Shown here one piece after another: positions 48,855 through 58,703 of a stretch of 64,000 bases of DNA. The translations under genes and the position numbers were made by a program. The notes under the pieces are model-generated. The model worked only from the letters and a program-made list of their open reading frames with translations. It did not search any database and was not told where the DNA came from. Every line of letters starts with the position of its first letter. The stretch's first letter is position 1. The DNA is from an uncultured Chloroflexia bacterium (lineage in GTDB: Bacteria > Chloroflexota > Limnocylindria > QHBO01): assembly GCA_963825525.1 (NCBI GenBank), contig CAWGTN010000002.1:1216001-1280000 (forward strand), given 5' to 3'.

Positions 48855-50240
48855 CTAGGGATGCGTCATGCGCATCACGTCGAGCGCTTTGTCGAGCTCC
48901 TCTACCGTGATGCGGCCGGCCTCGATGTGGCCGCGTTCGACGACGACCTGGCGGATGGTCTTGCGCTCGGCGAGCGACTGCTTGGCGATGCTGGCCGCCT
49001 CCTCGTACCCGAGGTGCCGGTTCAACGGCGTCACGATGGCGGGCGAGCTCTCGGCCATCTCGCGCAGACGCTCGACATTGGCGGTGATCCCGTCGATGCA
49101 CCGGTCCGCCAGGAGCCTGGTCGCGCTGGAGAGGAGCCGGATCGACTCGAGCACGTTCCGCCCGATCATCGGCAGCATGACGTTGAGCTCGAAGTTCCCC
49201 GCCGCACCGCCCCAGGCGACCGCCGCGTCGTTCCCCACGACCTGGGCACAGACCATGAGGGTGGCCTCCGGAATCACCGGATTGACCTTTCCGGGCATGA
49301 TGCTGCTCCCCGGCTGCAGATCGGGCAGGTTGATCTCGCCCAGACCGGCGCGAGGCCCGGACCCCATCCAGCGCAGGTCGTTCGCGATCTTGGTCAGGCT
49401 GACGGCGATCGTCCGCAGCTGCCCAGACAGCTCGACGAGCCCGTCGCGCGCTCCCTGCGCCTCGAAGTGATCCCGAGCCTCGGTCAGCGGCAGTCCGCTG
49501 GAGGCCGCCAGGCGGGCGATGACGCTGGCCCCGAAGCCCGGCGGGGAGTTGATGCCCGTCCCGACAGCCGTGCCGCCGAGCGGCAGCTCCGCGACTCGCG
49601 GAAGCGTGGCCCGGAGGCGCTCGACCCCCATGCGAGCCTGGGCCGCGTAGCCGCCGAACTCCTGCCCCAGGGTGACCGGCGTGGCGTCCATGAGATGCGT
49701 GCGACCCGCCTTCACGACGCCGGCGAACTCATCGCGCTTGCGCTCGAGCGATTCGGCGAGATGCTCGAGGGCCGGGACGAGCTCGGTGACGACGCCCGTC
49801 GTTGCCGCTACGTGGATCGAGGCCGGGAACAGGTCATTCGAGGACATCGGGTGGTTGACGTCATCGTTCGGGTGGACGTCGCGGCCGATCGACTCGCTGG
49901 CAAGCGAGGCGAGCACCTCGTTCATGTTCATGTTGCTCGACGTGCCCGAACCGGTCTGGAAGACATCGATCGGGAACTGGTCGTCGTGCACTCCGTCCGC
50001 CACCTCGCGGGCCGCGGCGCGAATCGCGTCCCCGGTCTCCGGATCGATCATGCCCAGCTCGACCTTCACCGCGATGACCGCGTCCTTGATCCGGGCGAGC
50101 GCTTCGATCTGCGACCGTTCGAGGGTCCGGCCCGAGATCGGGAAGTTCTCGACCGCGCGCTGCGTCTGGGCACGCCACTTTGCGTCAGCCGGGACGCGGA
50201 CCTCGCCCATCGAGTCGCGCTCGATTCGATCCTCGGTCAT
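48855..50240 (-). CDS. fumC: Class II fumarate hydratase
   Basis: [44 protein letters not shown]. Confidence 0.95.
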   Translation of the reverse strand: MTEDRIERDSMGEVRVPADAKWRAQTQRAVENFPISGRTLERSQIEALARIKDAVIAVKVELGMIDPETGDAIRAAAREVADGVHDDQFPIDVFQTGSGTSSNMNMNEVLASLASESIGRDVHPNDDVNHPMSSNDLFPASIHVAATTGVVTELVPALEHLAESLERKRDEFAGVVKAGRTHLMDATPVTLGQEFGGYAAQARMGVERLRATLPRVAELPLGGTAVGTGINSPPGFGASVIARLAASSGLPLTEARDHFEAQGARDGLVELSGQLRTIAVSLTKIANDLRWMGSGPRAGLGEINLPDLQPGSSIMPGKVNPVIPEATLMVCAQVVGNDAAVAWGGAAGNFELNVMLPMIGRNVLESIRLLSSATRLLADRCIDGITANVERLREMAESSPAIVTPLNRHLGYEEAASIAKQSLAERKTIRQVVVERGHIEAGRITVEELDKALDVMRMTHP

Positions 50241-50686
50241 CGGCTGAAGTCGGGCGTCTCGGTCTCCGTGAACCGGATGACCGGCGGGATGAGGTAGGGA
50301 AGGTGGCCGTCGTCGAGATCCGACAGGATGCGTGACGCTTCCCCGATGAGCTCGTTGACGAACACGCCGTGATGGGCCGGCTGGTAGGGCCGAAGCTTGT
50401 CGAGGCCCTCGCGCAGCTTGTTCCGCGCACCACGCCGGTTGCGACGCTGAAGATGCAGCAGGCCGGCGGCAACCTGGATGAGGCCCTGGTAGAAATCGCG
50501 ATCCTCGTCGACGGCGGCGCGCCACAGCGTCTCCAAGGCCTCGTGGGCATGCCAGTAGCGGACCCCGTTGAAGAGTGCGACGGCCGTCCCGAAAAGACGG
50601 GCATGCTCCGCAGGGTCCAGCGGTCCCGTGCGGCCACGTTGGGGCGGAGAATCTGCAGCTGCCGGAATGGCGACGGTGTCGGTCAT
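50237..50686 (-). CDS. DUF309 family protein
   Basis: [20 protein letters not shown]. Confidence 0.85.
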   Translation of the reverse strand: MTDTVAIPAAADSPPQRGRTGPLDPAEHARLFGTAVALFNGVRYWHAHEALETLWRAAVDEDRDFYQGLIQVAAGLLHLQRRNRRGARNKLREGLDKLRPYQPAHHGVFVNELIGEASRILSDLDDGHLPYLIPPVIRFTETETPDFSR

Positions 50687-50777
50687 GGCCGAGCGATCCT
50701 AACAGGCCTCGACATCCTGATCGGCGATCGTCGATTCATCCGGCGCGATCGCGGGCGATTTTGGCTAGCCTTCGTCC

Positions 50778-52398
50778 ATGCAGGATCAATCACCGCGGTG
50801 GTGGCAGAGCGCAGTCGTCTACCAGGTCTACCCGCGAAGCTTCGCGGACTCGGACGGCGACGGCACGGGCGACCTCAACGGGATCAGCGAGCGGCTGGAC
50901 TACCTCGCCTGGCTGGGTGTCGACGCCATCTGGATCTCTCCCTTCTATCCCTCGCCGATGGCCGACTTCGGCTACGACGTGGCCGATTACACGGACGTGG
51001 ATCCCATCTTCGGCACGCTCGCCGACTTCGATCGATTGGTGGCCGCCGCGCACGAGCGGAACATTCGAGTCCTCATCGACTACGTCCCGAATCACACCAG
51101 CGATCGACACCCGTGGTTCGCCGAATCGCGAGCGTCGCGCGACAACCCGAAGGCCGACTGGTACGTGTGGCGTGACCCAAAGCCGGATGGCGGCCTGCCG
51201 AACAACTGGATCAGCATGTTCGCCGGCCCTACCTGGACCTGGGACGAGACGCGCGCGCAGTACTACCTCCACACCTTCCTTGCCGAGCAGCCGGACCTGA
51301 ACTGGCGGAACCCCGAGGTCCGAGACGCGATGTTCGACGTGGCGCGCTTCTGGCTTGACCGTGGCGTGGACGGCTTTCGGATCGATGTGGCGCCGATGGT
51401 GATGAAGGACCCGGAGCTGCGCGACAACCCGCCGAACCCCAACCCGGGATGGGAGCATTCGCGCCTCGGATCATGGCTGACGCAGCTCCACGTGAACGAC
51501 CACAACCACCCGGACATGCACGAGCTGTATCGGTCCTTCCGCGCGCTCCTCGACTCGTATCCGGGGGACCGCGTCAGCATCGGGGAGCTGCACCACCCCG
51601 ATTTCGATCGTTGGGCCGAGTACTACGGTGAGCGCCAGGACGAGATCCACGTCCCGTTCAACTTCCACGTCATCAACAGCCCCTGGAACGCCGATGCGGT
51701 CCGCCACGCCGTCGAGGGCGTGCAACGCGTCCTCCCCGCCGGCGCCTGGGCCAGCTGGGTGCTCGGCAATCATGACCAGCCGCGGATCGCCTCGGCCGAG
51801 CGTGCCGGGCGCGACCAGGCGAGGGCCGCGATGTTGCTGCTGCTCACCCTGCGCGGCACCCCGACCCTCTACTACGGGGACGAGATCGGCATGGTCGACG
51901 TGCCGGTCGCCGCCGCCGACGCCCGCGACCCGCTCGAGCGACGCGAACCCGGGCGAGGCCGTGACCCGGAGCGGTCGCCGATGCAGTGGGACGCCTCACC
52001 GAACGCCGGCTTCACCGCGTCCGGCGTCGAGCCCTGGCTGCCCGTCGCACCCGATTTCGCCGAAGTCAACGTCGCCGGGCAGGCCGAGAATCCGGGATCG
52101 CTCCTCACGCTGACCCGCGACCTGCTTCGCCTCCGGCGCGAGCACCCGATCTTGCGGCTCGGCGACTTCGAGCCGTTCGGCCCGACGCCGAGTGGAGTGC
52201 TCGCATTCCGGCGCATCGGCCGCGCGGGCGGTCAGCTGGACGTGATCCTGAACCTGACCGCCGAGTCTCGCGCGGCCCGCATATCCGGGGCCGGGCGCGT
52301 CGTCATCGGCACCCAGCGTGAGCGAGACGGCGAACCCGTCGGTGCCGACGTGGAGCTCCGGCCCGAACGAGGCCCTCGTCGTCGAGGTCGGTCGCTGA
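50778..52398 (+). CDS. GH13 alpha-glucosidase (+1 frameshift near 52363; likely true stop at 52396-52398)
   Basis: YQVYPRSF, VPNHTS, QPDLNW, GFRID, GNHD, YYGDEIGM. Confidence 0.92.
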
Positions 52399-52438
52399 TC
52401 AGCGACGGGTGCTGCACCGGCCTGCGATCGGCGTGGCC

Positions 52439-53803
52439 TCAACCGATGCGGATCATCTTCTTGTTCACGAACTCGTCGGCGCCCAGGCGGCCCATCTCGC
52501 GGCCGGTGCCCGAGCGCTTGACGCCACCGAACGGCAGTTCGGCGCCGTCGGCGAGCACGACATTCACGAACACCATCCCGGCCTCGATGCCATCGGCGAC
52601 GCGGAGCGCCTGCTCATGGTCGGTTGTGTACACGTACGAGCCGAGGCCGTACGGCGTGTCGTTCGCGATCCGCACGGCGTCGGCCTCATCCTTGGCGCGG
52701 TACACCTGGGCGACGGGGCCGAAGAACTCCTCCCTGGAGGCGGGGTTCTCAGGCGTGACATCCGTCAGCACGGTCGTCTCGAAGAACGCGCCGTTGCGGG
52801 TGCCCCCATGGACCAGCCTGGCTCCATGCTCGATCGCGCGCTTGACCTGCTCGTCGAGACGCTCGGCGGCCTTCAGCGAGGAGAGCGGACCGAGCGCCGA
52901 GTCGGCCGACGTCGGGTCGGTCGCCTCGACCTCGGCGAGCTTTGCGGTGAACGTCTCGAGGAACGGCTCATACAGATCGTCAGCGACGACGAATCGCTTT
53001 GCCGCGTTGCAGGACTGGCCACTGTTGTCGAGGCGGGCGTCGACCGCGGCCTGGGCGGCGGCGTCCAGGTCGTTCGTTGACAGCAGGATGAAGGGATCCG
53101 AGCCCCCGAGCTCGAGCACGACCTTCTTGAGGTGACGGCCGGCGATCTCGGCCACCTCAGCTCCTGCGCGCTCCGAGCCGGTGAGCGAGACGCCCTGCAC
53201 GCGGGGGTCCGCGATGATTCGCTCGATCTGGTCGTGCGCCGCGTAGAGATTCACGTACGCGCCGGTCGGGAACCCCACCTCGCGGAAGATCTGCTCCATG
53301 GCGGCGGCCGACCCGGGGCACTGGCCGGCGTGCTTCAGCAGGATCGTGTTGCCGATGATGAGGTTCGGGCCCGCAAAGCGGGCGACCTGGTAGTACGGGA
53401 AGTTCCACGGCATGATGCCGAGCAGGACCCCGAGCGATGAACGGCGGATGACCGCCGTACCCTCACCGGCGAGGAGCTCGATAGGCTCATCCTTGAGGAA
53501 GTCCGACGAGTGATCGGCGTAGTACTCGTAGATGTCCGCCGCGAAGTCGACTTCGGAGAGCGCCTGGGCGATCGGCTTACCCATCTCGGGCACGATGAGT
53601 TCGGCCAGCTCCTGGCGGCGCTCGCGGTGGAGCTCGGCGACGCGGCGGATGAGGCCAGCCCGCTCCTCGACCGTGGTGGACCTCGACCAGGTCCGATGCG
53701 CCTCGTCGGCGGCGGCGATCGCGGCCTCGAGCTCACCATCGGTGATCGTGTCGTATGTCTTGACCGTCTCCCCGGTCGCGGGGTTGGTCACGGCATAGCC
53801 CAT
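52439..53803 (-). CDS. gabD: NAD(P)-dependent succinate-semialdehyde dehydrogenase
   Basis: IMPWNFP, LTGS, ELGGSD, GQSCNA, PFGGVKRSG. Confidence 0.85.
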   Translation of the reverse strand: MGYAVTNPATGETVKTYDTITDGELEAAIAAADEAHRTWSRSTTVEERAGLIRRVAELHRERRQELAELIVPEMGKPIAQALSEVDFAADIYEYYADHSSDFLKDEPIELLAGEGTAVIRRSSLGVLLGIMPWNFPYYQVARFAGPNLIIGNTILLKHAGQCPGSAAAMEQIFREVGFPTGAYVNLYAAHDQIERIIADPRVQGVSLTGSERAGAEVAEIAGRHLKKVVLELGGSDPFILLSTNDLDAAAQAAVDARLDNSGQSCNAAKRFVVADDLYEPFLETFTAKLAEVEATDPTSADSALGPLSSLKAAERLDEQVKRAIEHGARLVHGGTRNGAFFETTVLTDVTPENPASREEFFGPVAQVYRAKDEADAVRIANDTPYGLGSYVYTTDHEQALRVADGIEAGMVFVNVVLADGAELPFGGVKRSGTGREMGRLGADEFVNKKMIRIG

Positions 53804-53832
53804 CGTTCAGTTCTCCTTCGGGAAGCCCGATA

Positions 53833-54402
53833 TTACGCGTCGGTTCGGACCGGCTGGAACCCCCCATCGGCAACTCGCGCGGCGACGAATAGTAGGTCCG
53901 CCAGCCGGTTGAGGTATGGCAGCACGTGCGAGTCCGGAAGTCCGTCCGCGGCCGCGAGCTCGACGCATCGGCGTTCTGCCCGGCGCACCGTCGTCCGGGC
54001 CAGGTCGAGCGCGGCGCCGGTCATCGACCCGCCTGGGAGGACGAACTCCTTCGGCTGCTCGACCAGCTCCTCGAGCTCGTCGATGTCGTGCTCGAGGGCC
54101 GTCACCATCGCCTCGGTCACCCGCGTCACCCCGTCGGAGAGCCGGTCGCGCCGATCGACATGGGTGGCGAGCTCGGCGCCGACCACGAACAGCTCCCGCT
54201 GGAGCCGGACAATGAGCTCGTCGAGCCTGGCATCCGTGCCGTCGGGCGCCGGACCGATCGAGGACCGGGCTATGCCGAGCGCTGCAACGGCCTCATCGGT
54301 CGTGCCATAAGCCTCGGTCCGGGGATCGGCCTTGCTTACCCGCTCCCCGCCGTACAGGAGGCCGGTCGAGCCGTCGTCGCCCTTGCGCGTGTAGATCCGC
54401 AT
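53833..54402 (-). CDS. pduO: ATP:cob(I)alamin adenosyltransferase, PduO type
   Basis: IYTRKGDDG, YGTTDE, RRAER, YLNRLADLLF. Confidence 0.93.
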   Translation of the reverse strand: MRIYTRKGDDGSTGLLYGGERVSKADPRTEAYGTTDEAVAALGIARSSIGPAPDGTDARLDELIVRLQRELFVVGAELATHVDRRDRLSDGVTRVTEAMVTALEHDIDELEELVEQPKEFVLPGGSMTGAALDLARTTVRRAERRCVELAAADGLPDSHVLPYLNRLADLLFVAARVADGGFQPVRTDA

Positions 54403-54693
54403 CTAGAACAGGCCGGGCGGGGGCTCCCAACGATCCGCCAGCAGGGTGACCTTGACCGGCGGCCCGACGACCTCTTCGGCCTTCGCCTTCACCGTCTGGA
54501 TCAGCTCGCCCGCCCACGGGCAGAACGGCGTGGTCAGGATCATCTTGATCTCGGTCGGCGCGCCGTCCGCGCCGATCTCCACGGCTTTGATCAGGTCGAG
54601 GTCCACGATGCTCATCCCGATCTCCGGGTCCTGGATCTCGTACAGCGCGGTCATCACCTCGTCGACCTTGCCGAGGTTGGAGTCAATCGTCAT
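54403..54693 (-). CDS. DUF59/SufT-like Fe-S assembly protein
   Basis: DPEIGMSIVDL, LTTPFCP. Confidence 0.88.
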   Translation of the reverse strand: MTIDSNLGKVDEVMTALYEIQDPEIGMSIVDLDLIKAVEIGADGAPTEIKMILTTPFCPWAGELIQTVKAKAEEVVGPPVKVTLLADRWEPPPGLF

Positions 54694-54726
54694 GTCCCAA
54701 GGATACGCCCTGACGCGTGCAACGGC

Positions 54727-55452
54727 TCAGAGCAGAGTCGTGTCGAACTGCGGGTGAGGGCTGGGAACGAGCGGCCGAACACGGTGATAGCCCTCGTGGA
54801 TCGGCTGACTGGCCTCGATCGCGGCGCGGAGGGCTGAGATCTCATGGGCAACGTCGGACTGGCTGGCGTGGCACTCGAGCGCGTCGGCCTTGCGCGAGGC
54901 GACCGCCGTGATCGCGATGCGGTGCGTGGCAGCCTGCTCCTCGGCGGAGAGGTCGTACGTGGTCCCGCTGGGGTCGAAGATCGGGCTGATGACATAGACC
55001 GCGTTCGGTGCGATCCCGAGATCCGACAGGCGCTCGACGGCCCATCGGGTCGCGCTGCCGACCACGATGTGGTCCGGGTGCCCGGTCACTCCGTGCGGGC
55101 CGAAGGTGATGACGGCTGCCGGACGGCGATCGGCCAGCCACGCGGCGATCTCGTCGACGAGCCGGTCGAACGGCTGGTCGGCAACGCCTCCGTCCGGATA
55201 GCCATCGAGCAGCGAGACCTCGTCCAGCCCGATCGCCCGAGCCGAGCAGATCAGCTCCGCCTCGCGCTGATCCCCCAGAGCAGGATCGCCCTGGCCGTCG
55301 GCGGATCCGGCCTCACCGCGCGTCACGACCAGCAGGCGCGTGGTGGCTCCCGCGTCGTGGGCGAGGGACAGCGCTCCGGCGCATCCGAAACTCTCATCGT
55401 CGGGATGGGCAAGAACGGCGGCAAGCCCGCCGGGTGCAATGGGATAGCTCAC
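54727..55452 (-). CDS. PIG-L/LmbE family deacetylase
   Basis: AHPDDES, TRGEAG, GHPDH, HASQ. Confidence 0.9.
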   Translation of the reverse strand: MSYPIAPGGLAAVLAHPDDESFGCAGALSLAHDAGATTRLLVVTRGEAGSADGQGDPALGDQREAELICSARAIGLDEVSLLDGYPDGGVADQPFDRLVDEIAAWLADRRPAAVITFGPHGVTGHPDHIVVGSATRWAVERLSDLGIAPNAVYVISPIFDPSGTTYDLSAEEQAATHRIAITAVASRKADALECHASQSDVAHEISALRAAIEASQPIHEGYHRVRPLVPSPHPQFDTTLL

Positions 55453-55465
55453 CGATTCTCCTCGG

Positions 55466-55822
55466 TCAGGTCGTTTCCGGATCGTCGTCGGAGAGCAGGG
55501 TCCATCCCTGCCGCTCGACGCTCGTCCTCATCGTACGCAGGACCGCCAGCTTCCCGCCGGCCACCTCTGCAATGAAGCGTCGCGTTCCGGCGTCATCGAG
55601 CGAGGCGCCGGGTGGTGCCGTCCCACGGCCGACGTTGAGCCACGCGAGGTGGTATCGATCCATTCGTCCCCATACTCGCTCGAGCAGCGCGTCGGACTCG
55701 ATCAGCCAGGCGCGGAATGTCTCCCAATCCGGGTCCAGCACCAACGCATCGCCCGTGGCGATGAGCGCGTCGGTCGCGGCGAGGAATGCCGAGCGGGTCA
55801 TGACGGCGGTTCTGGCGTTCAT
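55466..55822 (-). CDS. Hypothetical protein
   Basis: 118-aa coding-like C-terminal part of the ORF (WGRMDRYHLAWL); TATACT 9 nt before the ATG. Confidence 0.6.
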   Translation of the reverse strand: MNARTAVMTRSAFLAATDALIATGDALVLDPDWETFRAWLIESDALLERVWGRMDRYHLAWLNVGRGTAPPGASLDDAGTRRFIAEVAGGKLAVLRTMRTSVERQGWTLLSDDDPETT

Positions 55823-55903
55823 CGGCTGCCGAGTATAGGTCGGTCCTTGACCACCCTCGTTCGTACCATTGTTGCAGGGAATCGGCCCGTCGAGACTCGG
55901 GAC

Positions 55904-57565
55904 ATGACCGCGTCCCTTGGAGCGTCCGTCACGCGGACGCTTCTGATGGTGCTCACGGCCGGTGCCCTCGTGGTACCCGTCGTGCTGCTCCATGCGCTGC
56001 CCGCCGCCGACCTCGGCGCGGCTGGCCTCGGCTGGCTGCCCCCGGCATTGGCCGGTGGGCTGCTGATCTCCGGGGGCGGCGCCACCGTGGCGGCGCTCAT
56101 CGCCGGGATCCGACACGGCTCGTTGGCAGCGCTCCTCATCGCCGGCATGTCCGCGTCGCTGGTCGGGGCGGCCCTGCTGGCATTGAGCGGCGGCGGCTCG
56201 CTTGCGCTGCCGGTCACCGCGGCCGGCGGCTTCGGCCTGGCTGCGGCGATTGCGGATCGGGCCGAGCACATCATTGCCGGGACGCGATCCCGGGTGTTCA
56301 TGGCCTCCGGGCTGGTCGTCACCGCCGAGGCGGCGGTGGTCGTTCAGCTGCTGGTGACGGCGGCAGGTCCGCCCGACGGCCTGGAGATCTCGCTCATGGC
56401 CGCCGGTGCCGTCGCCGCCGGCCTCGGCACACTCATCGCGGTCACGCGAGCGATCGGGCCTGCCATCGGCACGCTTGCGATCGGTTCGATCGCCCTGGTC
56501 GCAGCGCGCGACTCGGGAGCCGACCGGGCCCTTGGGCTGGTGGGCCTCATCGCCGCAGCGCTCCTGGCGGCCCGAAGCTCCGTGGAAGACGCACCGAGCG
56601 ACGCCGGCGCGGACGAGAGCCACCTGCCGCCGCTGGCCGCGCACCTCAGCTCGGGCATCCTCATCTTCGACGGGAGCCTTCACCTTCGGGCATGGAACTC
56701 TGCTGCCGGATCACTCCTCGGACTGGCCCCGGACGCTGCCGGCTCACGCATCGAGGACCTCCTGGGAATCACCCTTGCTCAGCTGCCGGCTGGGAGCGAG
56801 ACGGTGATGCAGCGGACGCCGATCGGAGGCATCGAGATGACCCTGGTTCGGGAGGGCGGATCGTTGACCGTGATCCTTCACGACCCGAGCGTCACGAGTG
56901 ACACCGAGCGGCTCGGGCGCGAGCTGCGTGGAACCATCGAGGAGCTGCTCCAGGCGCGGCGCACGCTCGACCTCCAGCGAGCCGAGCTTGAACGTGCTTC
57001 GTCGACCGACCGGCTGACCGGCGTCGCGAGCCGGCCGGCCATTCTCGACCGCCTGCGGCTCGAGGTCAGCGAGGCCAGGCGATACCAGCACCCGTTCGCC
57101 GCCGTGCTGCTCGACATCGATCTCTTCACAATCATCAATGCCAGCCACGGGATCGACGGCGGTGACGCCGTGCTTCGGGAGGTCGCACTCCGCGCCCGGG
57201 TCCGCGTGCGAGAGGCCGATGCGCTCGGGCGCTCCGGCAGCGACGCCTTCCTGGCACTCCTGCCGCACACCGATGTCGCCGGCGCGATGACCTTCGCGGA
57301 AGCGCTGCGACACCGCATCGGGAAGCGCCCGATCCTCCTGTCCGACGGCGGCTCCGTCCCTGTCAGCGCCAGCATCGGCGTATCGGTCATGCACCCCGGG
57401 GATGACATTGACGCGGATGGCCTTCTGGCACGTCTCGACGAGGCATTGGCCGATGCCGTGCGGGCCGGCGGTGACCGGGTCGCGCTTGATCCGCTTCACG
57501 CCCTGGCACGGCTGACCGACGCCGGCGCGGCCGGGGATGACCAGGGAGCGCAGACCGGCGCCTGA
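55904..57565 (+). CDS. Multi-TM, PAS-like, GGDEF-domain protein with a degenerate active site
   Basis: DRLTG, LLDID, GDAVL, READALGRSGSDAF, SASIGV. Confidence 0.85.
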   Translation: MTASLGASVTRTLLMVLTAGALVVPVVLLHALPAADLGAAGLGWLPPALAGGLLISGGGATVAALIAGIRHGSLAALLIAGMSASLVGAALLALSGGGSLALPVTAAGGFGLAAAIADRAEHIIAGTRSRVFMASGLVVTAEAAVVVQLLVTAAGPPDGLEISLMAAGAVAAGLGTLIAVTRAIGPAIGTLAIGSIALVAARDSGADRALGLVGLIAAALLAARSSVEDAPSDAGADESHLPPLAAHLSSGILIFDGSLHLRAWNSAAGSLLGLAPDAAGSRIEDLLGITLAQLPAGSETVMQRTPIGGIEMTLVREGGSLTVILHDPSVTSDTERLGRELRGTIEELLQARRTLDLQRAELERASSTDRLTGVASRPAILDRLRLEVSEARRYQHPFAAVLLDIDLFTIINASHGIDGGDAVLREVALRARVRVREADALGRSGSDAFLALLPHTDVAGAMTFAEALRHRIGKRPILLSDGGSVPVSASIGVSVMHPGDDIDADGLLARLDEALADAVRAGGDRVALDPLHALARLTDAGAAGDDQGAQTGA

Positions 57566-57596
57566 ACGCCGGCGTCATCCCGTCGAGGTCCCGGGT

Positions 57597-57650
57597 TTGT
57601 CCACAACATGTGCACATCGTGGGTCGCCGACCACCACATGTTGTGGATAA
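57597..57650. promoter_or_regulatory. Two DnaA boxes overlapping tandem NrdR-like boxes upstream of thyX
   Basis: TTGTCCACA 57597-57605 and TGTGGATAA 57642-57650; CACAACATGT at 57602 and CACCACATGTTGTG at 57632. Confidence 0.65.
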
Positions 57651-57692
57651 GGCGGCCTGTCGAGGCGGTCCCGCTGCTACACTCGCCGTACC

Positions 57693-58634
57693 ATGCCGTC
57701 GACCTCCACGGACCTCTCAGCCAAGCTGATCTTCCCCACCAAGGAGATCGTCGAGGAGTACTACCTCCCGATCATCTACACGGCTTGCCGAACCTGCTAT
57801 TCCGAGCAGGTGCCGGATCAGATCTGGGACAAGGCGGTCAGCCGCCAGATCGCCGATGAGAAGCAGCAGAACCTCGTCCGCAAGGTCATGGAGTCCGGCC
57901 ACGGGTCAACCATTGAGCACGTGAACTTCACGTTCGCCATCAGTGGCGTGACGCGGACCCTGAGCCACCAGCTCGTCCGACATCGAGCCGGCACGGCGTT
58001 CGATCAGCAGTCACAGCGCTACGTCAGCTTCAAGAAGCGAGATAACTACACGGTCCCCGACTCGATCGCGAAGGGCGACCTGCCCGATGACCTGGCCGGA
58101 CGATTCCAGCAGGCCGTCGACGACAACCTGGATCTCTACGGTCAGCTGCTCCAGGCGGAGGTCCCCGCCGAGGACGCACGGTTCATCTTCCCGAACGCGA
58201 TGCAGACGAACCTGATCATGACCGTGAATCTGCGGCAGCTCATCCACATGTCGGGCCTCCGGCTGTGCACCATGGCGCAGTGGGAGATTCGTCAGCTCTT
58301 CAAGCAGATCCGTCACGAGGTCTTCAGGGTCAGCCCATTCTTCGGCAGTTTCCTGGTGCCGAAGTGCGTGCCGCTGGGCTACTGCGACGAGATGGGCAAT
58401 CGCGACGAGCACTGCCGCATTCGCCCCCACCGCGATACGGTGATGGCGGTGTGGGAGGCATATCGGGGTGGAACGCTCGCCGAGACCGACGGCCAGGTCG
58501 TCCCGGAGACGAGCCCATTCCGTCCGAAGCCGCGCCGCGTCCCACTTCCGGTGGCGGACGGCGACGTCGCGCCACGCCGAGGAGAGCCGACCGGGGCAGC
58601 CGTCGGACAGGCCGCGGACGCCGACCGAATCTGA
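57693..58634 (+). CDS. thyX: FAD-dependent thymidylate synthase
   Basis: GHGSTIEH, HQLVRHR...QQSQRY, AEDARF, AQWEIR. Confidence 0.95.
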   Translation: MPSTSTDLSAKLIFPTKEIVEEYYLPIIYTACRTCYSEQVPDQIWDKAVSRQIADEKQQNLVRKVMESGHGSTIEHVNFTFAISGVTRTLSHQLVRHRAGTAFDQQSQRYVSFKKRDNYTVPDSIAKGDLPDDLAGRFQQAVDDNLDLYGQLLQAEVPAEDARFIFPNAMQTNLIMTVNLRQLIHMSGLRLCTMAQWEIRQLFKQIRHEVFRVSPFFGSFLVPKCVPLGYCDEMGNRDEHCRIRPHRDTVMAVWEAYRGGTLAETDGQVVPETSPFRPKPRRVPLPVADGDVAPRRGEPTGAAVGQAADADRI

Positions 58635-58703
58635 GGAAATGCCCGCAAGGGCCCGGCGTCGCGCTAGAGTCTCCCGCGTGAATGGCCGTCCAACCGTGAC
58701 CCG

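Noticed and set aside
50778-53135. 785-aa GH13 with a C-terminal extension overlapping gabD
   Set aside because: Read-through caused by a +1 base near 52363; the extension is antisense to gabD
57597-57650. Possible oriC
   Set aside because: Only two DnaA boxes, no AT-rich unwinding element, no dnaA/dnaN nearby; better explained as thyX regulation
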